Shown: piece after piece, positions 28,516-36,782 of the stretch
How the letters are laid out: every line of letters begins with the position of its first letter
Numbering within the stretch: the stretch's first letter is position 1
Assembly (NCBI GenBank): GCA_019057385.1
Contig: JAHQJS010000006.1
Span: 645,038-709,037, forward strand
Origin: Candidatus Borrarchaeum weybense
GTDB taxonomy: Archaea > Asgardarchaeota > Sifarchaeia > Borrarchaeales > Borrarchaeaceae
Reading direction: 5' to 3'
Length of the DNA stretch: 64,000 bases
The notes under the pieces: generated by a model
Database searches by the model: none
What the model was told of the DNA's origin: nothing
Seen by the model: the letters and a program-made list of their open reading frames with translations, nothing else
Position numbers and translations under genes: made by a program

Positions 28516-29526
28516 ATGAACCAATTTTGGCGGTTTTACGAATATGCAGCATTAGCAGCAGTTGCACAATCGGTAGGACCTATTTTTACTAATGTGAGAT
28601 TCGGCGATTCTACAAGTCCTGAATATGACGGACTTTCCCTTGATGGTCAAACTGTTGTAGAAGTGAAATCGTATCCTCTTTCCAGAGATGATTGTAAAAA
28701 ACTTGTAGAAAAGACAAACAAGCACTTTGAAAAACTGATTATAATTGCGCCAGGATTCAAAAACAAATATCTTGAGAAGGGACAGGATATTTGGATTGAA
28801 TATATGACCTTTACGACTGAAAATTTTCCTTCCCGGCTACAACAATTTTACCAGGAATGGGAACCACAACTACCTAAGTATTTTGAAACACGTTTAGGGT
28901 GGCATCATTTTTCATACGTCATGTCCAGCGGTAGATTCAGAAACCAAATTGACAAGAGAATTTCAAACACAGAAAAATTGAAGCGTGAAGTCACCAAAAG
29001 AGTCGTTTTTCCTCTTAGAATTTTTGTTTCGATCTCAAAGTGGCGAGATCCAAAGCAGTTATTTTTTAGAAAAAATTCAAACACTCTCTTAGATTCGATA
29101 TTAGCTTTTGATATTGATTGTAGCGATCTGCATGTGCCATGTCTCCTGACTCAAAGTGGTATATGCGAAATTGGACTAGACCATGTAAAACACGAAACGA
29201 TGAAGTTATTTGATTTTTGCGAGGATAAATTAAGTTTAACTGACTTTATGATTTATTTTAGTGGAAGAAAAGGCTTTCATGTTTATTTTTGCGATTATAA
29301 TTCTTCAAAATCATTCAAAAAAGAACTTGAGTTCCGAAAAGACCTCGTTGAGAAATTAAAAGAAAACAACATTCGAGCAGATAGTTCAATCACAGAACAC
29401 CCCAAAGCGATGGTTGGGCTCCCAAGTTCTTTACATGGCTACACGATGAGGGAAATCTGCCTTGTCGGTAGAAGCCGAAAGAGGATAACCTCTTTTCGTC
29501 CACCTAAGCCTTTCAATAGGCGATGA
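28516..29526 (+). CDS. Fusion of restriction-endonuclease-like domain and AEP primase (PriS-like)
   Basis: N-terminal EYDG...VVEVKS...IIIAPGF; C-terminal AFDID and FSGRKGFH. Confidence 0.8.
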   Translation: MNQFWRFYEYAALAAVAQSVGPIFTNVRFGDSTSPEYDGLSLDGQTVVEVKSYPLSRDDCKKLVEKTNKHFEKLIIIAPGFKNKYLEKGQDIWIEYMTFTTENFPSRLQQFYQEWEPQLPKYFETRLGWHHFSYVMSSGRFRNQIDKRISNTEKLKREVTKRVVFPLRIFVSISKWRDPKQLFFRKNSNTLLDSILAFDIDCSDLHVPCLLTQSGICEIGLDHVKHETMKLFDFCEDKLSLTDFMIYFSGRKGFHVYFCDYNSSKSFKKELEFRKDLVEKLKENNIRADSSITEHPKAMVGLPSSLHGYTMREICLVGRSRKRITSFRPPKPFNRR

Positions 29527-29706
29527 GGACCTAATATCGTGCGTTACGGGAATTCTATAGTGTGATGATCGTGGTGGAGTGAGCAGAATCCCGTAATACG
29601 ACGACTGAAAGGTGATGAGGAATTGTATTTTACAAATGGTATCTCAGTCGTGATGATTGCGGTGGAATGAGCGGAGTGCCATAATAAGAGAAAAAGGGGT
29701 GATAAG

Positions 29707-30054
29707 TTGGGAAGGAAGAAAATAAAGATCACAGATGAGGAATTAGAACTAGAATCACAAGAATACACGTTAGAAGATTACAAAGAAACATTACATAGAG
29801 GGCAACTGTGTTTTGCAGTATTTAATGTCTGTCTTACAATCGTTACCATTGGAGTTTTATTACTAACATTAAACCTTGAGTACATAGCTCTACTAAGTTG
29901 TATTAATTTCTTCTTTGCATTCGTGTTATTTTTATCTCTCTTTGAATATCGCAAGAACGAAAGTATCGAAAGCAGTTACACCAAATTCTTAAAACGTAGA
30001 GCATATCGACGTAGACAAAATAAAAATGTTCCTCGCGGATGGATCCGCCTGTAA
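29707..30054 (+). CDS. Two-TM membrane protein
   Basis: Two hydrophobic helices, basic tail. Confidence 0.6.
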   Translation: MGRKKIKITDEELELESQEYTLEDYKETLHRGQLCFAVFNVCLTIVTIGVLLLTLNLEYIALLSCINFFFAFVLFLSLFEYRKNESIESSYTKFLKRRAYRRRQNKNVPRGWIRL

Positions 30055-30308
30055 CATACCTTTTTCTTTCTTTTTTTGAAAACTTAATATTAGTACTTAG
30101 GTAATGAGGATCAATTAGTAAAAGATATAAAGTAGTTCTTGGTTCTATAGAAGACTGTACAATGGTGATTGTTGTGACATCAGTTTTATCGACAAAAGAA
30201 GTCTCTGTCGAAAAAGGAAGAGAAGAGGAAAAGACGGTCTCTCAACTCGCTCTTGATGGTCTAAAATTAATTAAAGAATGTAAAGAAATCATCAAGTCGT
30301 AAATTCAC

Positions 30309-31484
30309 TTATTTTTTAGTTTCTTTTTCAAGTATTTTAACGAAAAGTCCCTCTAATATTTCAAAACGATTAGTGAGAGCCTCTAATTTTTCTTGTTGCA
30401 CATCTCGTTCCTGTGTTGTCGATTTCAATCTTTCTTCTAACTGTTTAACAAGTTCACTTTCTTCGCGTACCTGTTCTTCAAGTTCTCTGGTATCTATAGA
30501 GATCGAGAGATATGGTTCTGCATTTTTGAAGTTTTTAATCATTTCTTTTTCAGTGTATTCATCATACGCGCCATCATAAGGTAGTGTCTGTCCCATACTC
30601 ATTTTTACTTGTTCAAAAGGCATCCATTGTTTTGCAACGCTTGAGAAGGCTTTTCTTATCGCGTGGAAGCCATACGGGTTAAATTTCCCATATTCTTTCA
30701 GTTCTTGAAACGTGACTATTTTTCCTTCGTATTTGGTCGACGGTATTCCTGCTTTAACGATCGTTTTTCGCATCTCTAATTGAGCGGTTCTTTTGGAAAT
30801 TCGTGCTCTTACTTTAAGATTACGAACAGAACCAAACAGAGGACTTTCAAAGAAAAGTTCTTCTCCTCTTTCTCTCTGCCATCGAACATATTGACGGAGT
30901 GTATCAATAGAATCTTTGCCTATCACTGCTTTTGCTTTTGTTTTTGTCTTAGAGCGCGTATATTCTATTACATGATACTGTTTGTCATTCTCTATTGCGG
31001 CACTCACATCTCCGTAATTAAGCCTGAGCATCGAACTTATATCCATCCCGGTCTGAAACGCGAGGATAATGAGGGTTTTTCCCCGCCAATCAGGGGAGGC
31101 CTCATAAAGTTTTCTGATCTCTTCTTTTCTATATACTGCCCTCTTATATTTTCGTGCGTTAGAACGTCGTTGTGATTTAATTCGAATTTCGTGGTAAGTT
31201 AAAAACGATTTGACTGCGTCTTCGTGGTTTGAAGCGGTTTTATCTGAGAGCCCTTGATCGAGTAAGTGTTTATAGAATATATTGAGTTTTGTTTTCGTTT
31301 TAACTTTGTTCTTTTTTGCTTCTTCGAGGAATTCATAAGGAGAAATCCCAAAAAAATGAAAGAATTTCTTGAGTTTGGTCCGATATTGTTTCTTAGTTGA
31401 TTCTTTCCTCCCCGCGAGAAACTCCTCTACATTTTCATACTTTTTAACCCATTCTTTAGAACTTACTTCTGTAATGGCAGTCAT
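30309..31484 (-). CDS. Tyrosine recombinase/integrase with C-terminal coiled coil
   Basis: QTGMDISS, RSKT, FHAIRK, MGQ, YDGAY. Confidence 0.9.
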   Translation of the reverse strand: MTAITEVSSKEWVKKYENVEEFLAGRKESTKKQYRTKLKKFFHFFGISPYEFLEEAKKNKVKTKTKLNIFYKHLLDQGLSDKTASNHEDAVKSFLTYHEIRIKSQRRSNARKYKRAVYRKEEIRKLYEASPDWRGKTLIILAFQTGMDISSMLRLNYGDVSAAIENDKQYHVIEYTRSKTKTKAKAVIGKDSIDTLRQYVRWQRERGEELFFESPLFGSVRNLKVRARISKRTAQLEMRKTIVKAGIPSTKYEGKIVTFQELKEYGKFNPYGFHAIRKAFSSVAKQWMPFEQVKMSMGQTLPYDGAYDEYTEKEMIKNFKNAEPYLSISIDTRELEEQVREESELVKQLEERLKSTTQERDVQQEKLEALTNRFEILEGLFVKILEKETKK

Positions 31485-31599
31485 AAATACTTCTTCATGA
31501 GAAACTTGGTATTTAAATTTTATTCACGCATATACTATAGTAGTTAAACTATATTTTCACGCAGCTCATTTTGAAAGAGTAATAAAAACCACCAAAATC

Positions 31600-32403
31600 T
31601 CAAGCGATCTCAATAACATCTGCTCTACACTGTTTGCAGTGTCGGAATTGAGGAATTATTTTTTCGCAAGCATTTCTTGCATTGATTATTTCGCTACATG
31701 AAGGTTTTCTAACATTCTCAAATAAAGCTAGTGGGATTAATGGAGTTATATTCTGGAGATGTGCACCTCTTTTCTTCACTTCAGCCGCAATTTCCGCTAT
31801 ATGCATGTCGTTTATTCCTGGGATCAGAATGGTATTTATTTTCGTAACTATCCCTTGTTTAACAACTTCGCTTAGCCCTTTCAGTTGTTTTTTTATCAGG
31901 AGTCGGACTCCCTCGTTCCCATCATATCTAATACCTTTGTACATTACATAGGAGTATATCTTAGCTCCAATTTTTGCATCTAAGCAGTTAATGGTTATTG
32001 TACAAGCTTGAACACCTAAATCTTTCAACGTTTCAGTATTTTCTTCTAATAATAGACCATTTGTGCTTAGACACAATATCAACTCTGGAAAGGCAATATG
32101 AATTTTCTCTAGTGTTTTGAATGTATTTTCATTATATAGTGGTTCACCCGGGCCAGCAATACCCGCTACTCTCAACCGTTCATTGTGTGCATATTTTCTG
32201 ACTAACTCAACAGCTTCATCAGGCGAAAGAATTTTCGTAGCCACTGAGGGTCTAAAAGCATGATAACTGCAGCCTATTTTTTGGTCACAGTAATTACATT
32301 TTATATTGCACTTTGGAGCGACTGGAAGATGAATTCGCCCGTATCTCGAATGGCCGTTGATATAACAAGGATGATTCTGCATTACGTACTGTAAACTGTC
32401 CAC
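31600..32403 (-). CDS. nifB: NifB-like radical SAM protein (short form, no NifX domain)
   Basis: HPC, RIHLPVAPKCNIKCNYC, AGPGEPL, STNG, CKQCRAD. Confidence 0.85.
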   Translation of the reverse strand: MDSLQYVMQNHPCYINGHSRYGRIHLPVAPKCNIKCNYCDQKIGCSYHAFRPSVATKILSPDEAVELVRKYAHNERLRVAGIAGPGEPLYNENTFKTLEKIHIAFPELILCLSTNGLLLEENTETLKDLGVQACTITINCLDAKIGAKIYSYVMYKGIRYDGNEGVRLLIKKQLKGLSEVVKQGIVTKINTILIPGINDMHIAEIAAEVKKRGAHLQNITPLIPLALFENVRKPSCSEIINARNACEKIIPQFRHCKQCRADVIEIA

Positions 32404-32637
32404 TCTTGTCCCTCAATCATATCAATTTGACCCTTAAGTTTAATTAGTAACTGTTTAGGTAATGAAACCTTTTTGTTAAGCGTTTAATTGAAGTACTTTG
32501 TGCTGTTTGTTATTGTAAATGCCCAAAAATCGGAAAGAATATGCCGATGGAGAAAGTTTTAACAGTAACAATTTAAGTATTAGATCTTTATATGAGGCTG
32601 ATGATGTAGTGCAAGAACATTGAGGAGGTGGGCGCTA

Positions 32638-33453
32638 ATTTCCACTGTCGAAAGAATGATAGTAGAGTCACGAATGCTTTGCTCTAAATGAATCACGGAA
32701 GCGGATCTGATGGGGCTTGACATCGCAAGAATCACATATGTTGATGACACTGGTGAACACAGATTATTGGATAACCCGCTAAAAAGAGTAAATGGTCTCT
32801 GGATAAAATGCAATATGAATAATTCTCAGAAGATCATAAAAAGTTGCGATTATTGGGAGATCGTTGACACGACTGCTTCATTTGCAGAAATTAGTGGTCA
32901 CAGAATTCGATACAGAGAAACTCATCTGCAATACGATCCCTTGAGGAATATATCCTTATCTCTTAACATCTGTGTGTATTTTCCAAAGCAACCGTTCTTT
33001 GTGCTTGATTACATGATAAAAAATACTTCGAAAAACTCATCACTTACTGATGTTTCTCTTTATTGGCTCATAGACCTTGATATCGAGGGTAAGGAGAGTT
33101 ACAAAGATAATTTTGCACGGTACGATGATGACATAATTTACCAATACCATTCGCGATCTAATGTTCATGCGGGCTTCTGTAGTACAATTAAATCATCCCG
33201 GTATGAATGTAACAGTCCTTATGGACTCAGAATCAAATCACATCACCTTAACTTAGGAAACATCAACTTTCGAGGTCCTGATGACTGTTCAATTGGCTTA
33301 CAATGGGATTTTGGACAGCTATCGCCTCAAAAAACGATCAACTTACCAGTGGTTTTTGCAGCAGGTATGGATAAAACACATTTCCACTCGAACATGGAGC
33401 AAGGTATTGCGCTATTAAATAAAATAAAAAATACAAATGATTCCACCTCTTAA
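32638..33453 (+). CDS. Unknown protein; candidate selenoprotein with N-terminal CxxU
   Basis: AGGAGGTG SD (32623-32630); ATT 32638 or ATG 32656; TGC TCT AAA TGA (TGA 32689-32691) in frame with track ORF 32710-33453. Confidence 0.6.
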
Positions 33454-33528
33454 AGCCTCTTGAGGTGGGAGATGGGCGATGAACGCGACCGCCAGGAGAT
33501 TTATACATTATATTTAGGAGAAATAAAA

Positions 33529-33957
33529 ATGGACATAGAAGGTTATGTATTTCCTGATGATCTCTATTATTCCGACCAGTTTTTATGGATTCGCATAGAA
33601 AGTGACAATTTGGCGATAATCGGACTCAATGAACTTGCTGTAAAAGCGGTTAAAGAGTTTGCGCTCATCGAAATCTTCTATCCAGTTGGGTATGAAATAA
33701 CTGCGGGGAAGCCAATAGGGGCATCGGATTCGTGGAAGGGCTCTTTAACTCTTTACAACCCAATTTCTGGTAAAATAGTAGAAGTGAATCAAGATGTAGA
33801 ATATGATCCTCAATTGGTTATAACAGATCCGTATGGAGCAGGATGGTTTTTTAAAATCTCACCTATTAATTTGCTTGCAGACAAAGAAGCGTTAATGAAG
33901 GGAGGAAGCCCAGAACTCGTTAAATGGGTGAAGGCTACTATAAAAAAGTTAGTTTAA
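33529..33957 (+). CDS. gcvH: Glycine cleavage H-like (lipoyl carrier) protein
   Basis: PDDLYY, DSWK, PISGKIVEVN, DPYGAGW; AGGAG SD favours ATG 33529. Confidence 0.85.
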   Translation: MDIEGYVFPDDLYYSDQFLWIRIESDNLAIIGLNELAVKAVKEFALIEIFYPVGYEITAGKPIGASDSWKGSLTLYNPISGKIVEVNQDVEYDPQLVITDPYGAGWFFKISPINLLADKEALMKGGSPELVKWVKATIKKLV

Positions 33958-34002
33958 CATTGCTTTTCCTGGAGGCTATAACAAATTTCCTTTTATCGCT
34001 GT

Positions 34003-35337
34003 TTATGAGAGAGGATGTTTACTGAGAAGTTCATCTAATCGTTTTACAGTTGTGTTAATATCTGTTTTCTCTACTCCAATAGCAGCATTAATTGTAAGAT
34101 ATTGGGTTGGATATGTGTCATGGCATGTTCCAAAAGTAGAGTCTGCCTTAGGTAACCCGCGCGGTCCTGTTACTCGTAAAGTGTATAATTGCGCACCTAA
34201 TTTATGCGCGATTCTTGGTTCTGTAATTGTCATTGCTACAGCGATAGTACTATCTACTTCAAGTAAACGCTCTCCATGTTTTTCTGCCGTCTCTTCAAGT
34301 CTTGTTTTCAATAAATTATAGCATTCATTTTGTTGCTGTATTAATTCTCTATATCCATTCTCTCCTAATGATAGAATCGCGGCCAGAAATTGTACAACTG
34401 GTGCAGCAGTTGCACGTCCCGCGTATGAATGCGCTACTCTTTTAAGAAATTCTTCATCAGGTCCAGCTATAATAGATCCGCCAACAGGGCACAGAAAATT
34501 CTTGTCAGTAGATTGGATTATTGCATCTACACGTCCTTTAAAAATCGCGCTTCTTATCATCTTCATTATCACAGGTGATTGCACGCCATAAGCATTATTT
34601 ATTACATGTGGGATCCTCTTTTCTTTTGCTATTTTTGCTATTGAAATTACATCATCAGGCTGTCGTGGTGGGAAAAAGGTAGTTGTTGTCAAAATCGCAG
34701 AGGTGTGTTCATCTATTGCTGCTTCAACATCATTTGGATCAGAAATAACAGCATCACCGTCTAATTTACATTGTATAATTTTCGGTTGCAAATCAACAAG
34801 TGAAATACCGTTTAACGGTGATTCATGATCTATTCGAGGATAAACGACCTCTTGTCCTCCTGTAAGATCCCGTGCAACTTTTAATGCCAGACCAATGCTC
34901 ATACCAGTAGCTAGAGGGATGATGTATGCCCCTGAAATATTTTCAATTCCAAATTTTTTGAGTAAGTCTGTCGCAAGTCTGTTAGCGATCTGATACATTA
35001 AAGATCCGCCTGCTGCCTTTGGTTGAGGATCTATTAATACACCACTTCTTCCAACTCCATGATTAAATCCCGCAGCTAATTCTGAAACTAAAGGCGATGC
35101 AATTCTCGCTTCCCGTTCGCCGATTCGCGCCGCCTTAGGATCCTTATCTGTATCCATAGATGACAAAACCTTGAGCAATAATCTAATTGACTCATCAGAC
35201 CATCCCTCTTTTGGAAGTGTTCTTTGTTCAAAAAGCCTTTTTATAGGTTTTATTAGCGTTTCTTCCAAAACAATAAGACCACGATCCAGCATGTGAGGTG
35301 GTATTAATCCTAAAAGAAGTTCTTTTGGTAACTTCAT
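34003..35337 (-). CDS. spcS: O-phosphoseryl-tRNA(Sec) selenium transferase (SepSecS)
   Basis: GEREAR, HGVGRSG, QPKAAG, NNAYGVQ, QSTDKNF, YAGRA. Confidence 0.95.
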   Translation of the reverse strand: MKLPKELLLGLIPPHMLDRGLIVLEETLIKPIKRLFEQRTLPKEGWSDESIRLLLKVLSSMDTDKDPKAARIGEREARIASPLVSELAAGFNHGVGRSGVLIDPQPKAAGGSLMYQIANRLATDLLKKFGIENISGAYIIPLATGMSIGLALKVARDLTGGQEVVYPRIDHESPLNGISLVDLQPKIIQCKLDGDAVISDPNDVEAAIDEHTSAILTTTTFFPPRQPDDVISIAKIAKEKRIPHVINNAYGVQSPVIMKMIRSAIFKGRVDAIIQSTDKNFLCPVGGSIIAGPDEEFLKRVAHSYAGRATAAPVVQFLAAILSLGENGYRELIQQQNECYNLLKTRLEETAEKHGERLLEVDSTIAVAMTITEPRIAHKLGAQLYTLRVTGPRGLPKADSTFGTCHDTYPTQYLTINAAIGVEKTDINTTVKRLDELLSKHPLS

Positions 35338-35598
35338 AGGAATCCCCTATTATATGTTATATGGTACTATTAGATAGTTTTCTTGCTCTTCAAATCAAGA
35401 TATAGTTCATTATAGTTCATTGTAGTTTATAAGATAAACCTTTTAAACCCTAAACTGTAGAATCCACTCGAACAACTAAAATAATCATTAATCATTAGTA
35501 GAAAGAAATTTAAAATGCTAGGCTTTGTCGTTTGAGGATATTGTTTTGATGTTCAATGAACATTTTACTATAAGTAGATGATAAGAGAGTGAGCTGAA

Positions 35599-36738
35599 AT
35601 GACTTTAGAAGTTGAACTTAAACTAGGCCCATTTACAGATTTAAAGGCTGATGTTATTGATAAAGGAAAGTGTACTGGTTGTGGTAGTTGCGTTGCTGTC
35701 TGCCCAACTCAAGTTATAAAATTTATTGATGACATTCCAACTCTTCAAGAAGTTCCTGGGGAGATTCCTGAGGGGGAACCACCCGTAGGCAAATGTATTG
35801 AGTGTAAACTTTGTTATTTTGTGTGCCCTGTCACAGAATCACTTGAGCCGCGTATGCAAGAATTATTTGGTACAGAAGATGTTTTTGGTACTTATCTAAA
35901 TCTCTACAAAGCTAAAACTAAGGTACCTGAGATCGCCGAAGTCGCTCAAGATGGAGGTATAGTCTCCACAATCTTAGCATTTGCATTTCAAAAAGGACTC
36001 ATAGATGGAGCTATAGTCTCTGAAGCAAGTGAGGAGAACCCATGGGTTCCAAAACCAAAGATCATTACTTCATATGAGGAATTAATGAAATCTGCCGGTA
36101 CGCGTTACTCACTCAGTCCTAATATTATTTCCCTTGCCCAATATAGGGAAGTTGTTGAGGAGTTATTAGTGAAACATCCGGTAGGCGAAGATTGGCTACG
36201 ATTGGCGTTTGTTGGAACGCCTTGTCAAGCACATGGCATAAGAAAGATGCATAATGCCTTGGAAGGTGCGGATATCCGCCCAGCAAATTTAGTTGTTTTA
36301 AATATTGGACTATTTTGTATGGAAAACTTCGATGCGAAGAAGTTGCATCAACTTATCTTAGATAAGACAGGCGCGACCATCGATCAGATACGCAAAATGG
36401 ATATTAAAAAAGGCGCTTTGCACATCTTTCCAAAAGATGGAGGAGACGCAAAAACTATACCCCTAGAGGAGACTACAGAGGCTGTAAGAAGTGGCTGTCA
36501 TTCATGCGAAGATCTTACTGCTTGGTATGCAGATATAAGTGTTGGAAGTATAGGCACGCCCGGTGGCTGGTCAACCGTCTTCGTCCGTACACAAAAAGGC
36601 AAAGATATCTTTGAAGGCGCCGTTAGAGCGAACATGATCAAAAAAGAGTCTCTTACAGAGAAAGGAGAGAGTTTATTACGCCGATTAACAAGTAAAAAAC
36701 AAGAAACAGGCAAAAAATACAAAGAAACTCATGTCTGA
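35599..36738 (+). CDS. F420 hydrogenase/dehydrogenase beta-subunit family protein
   Basis: Two ferredoxin motifs, QDGG, GTPCQ, GLFCME, ADISVG. Confidence 0.9.
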   Translation: MTLEVELKLGPFTDLKADVIDKGKCTGCGSCVAVCPTQVIKFIDDIPTLQEVPGEIPEGEPPVGKCIECKLCYFVCPVTESLEPRMQELFGTEDVFGTYLNLYKAKTKVPEIAEVAQDGGIVSTILAFAFQKGLIDGAIVSEASEENPWVPKPKIITSYEELMKSAGTRYSLSPNIISLAQYREVVEELLVKHPVGEDWLRLAFVGTPCQAHGIRKMHNALEGADIRPANLVVLNIGLFCMENFDAKKLHQLILDKTGATIDQIRKMDIKKGALHIFPKDGGDAKTIPLEETTEAVRSGCHSCEDLTAWYADISVGSIGTPGGWSTVFVRTQKGKDIFEGAVRANMIKKESLTEKGESLLRRLTSKKQETGKKYKETHV

Positions 36739-36782
36739 TTAATTTCATCATTTAATTAAATGTTTTAGTGGAGTGACGGTTC

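Larger units (their letters stand above)
215..30103. repeat. Dispersed 10-bp pseudo-palindrome TACYTARGTA, 18 exact copies
   Basis: TACCTAAGTA at 3536, 4067, 4446, 12882, 17521, 18848, 21163, 26274, 28871; its reverse complement TACTTAGGTA at 1599, 6270, 6297, 12411, 16161, 21526, 30094; palindrome TACTTAAGTA at 215, 26695; one-mismatch variants at 6350, 16169, 18714, 20078. Confidence 0.95.
1..31500. mobile_element. Integrated mobile element (right part; left end outside the window)
   Basis: Terminal tyrosine integrase, serine recombinase, antirepressor-like, AbrB/RHH regulators, primase, RM and TA-like cargo; abrupt switch to housekeeping genes after ~31.6 kb; element-restricted 10-bp motif. 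No virion genes recognised. Confidence 0.9.

Noticed and set aside
215-30103. Motif copies as a CRISPR array
   Set aside because: Only 10 bp conserved, irregular gene-sized spacing, both orientations, no cas genes.
215-30103. Classical integron with attC sites
   Set aside because: No RYYYAAC...GTTRRRY hairpins recognised at the junctions, genes lie on both strands, and the integrase does not look like IntI.
215-30103. Motif as target of the element's RM system
   Set aside because: Two-TRD systems recognise split sites, and RM targets are not expected to be enriched at gene boundaries.
1-31500. Provirus call
   Set aside because: No capsid, portal, terminase or packaging ATPase recognised in this window.
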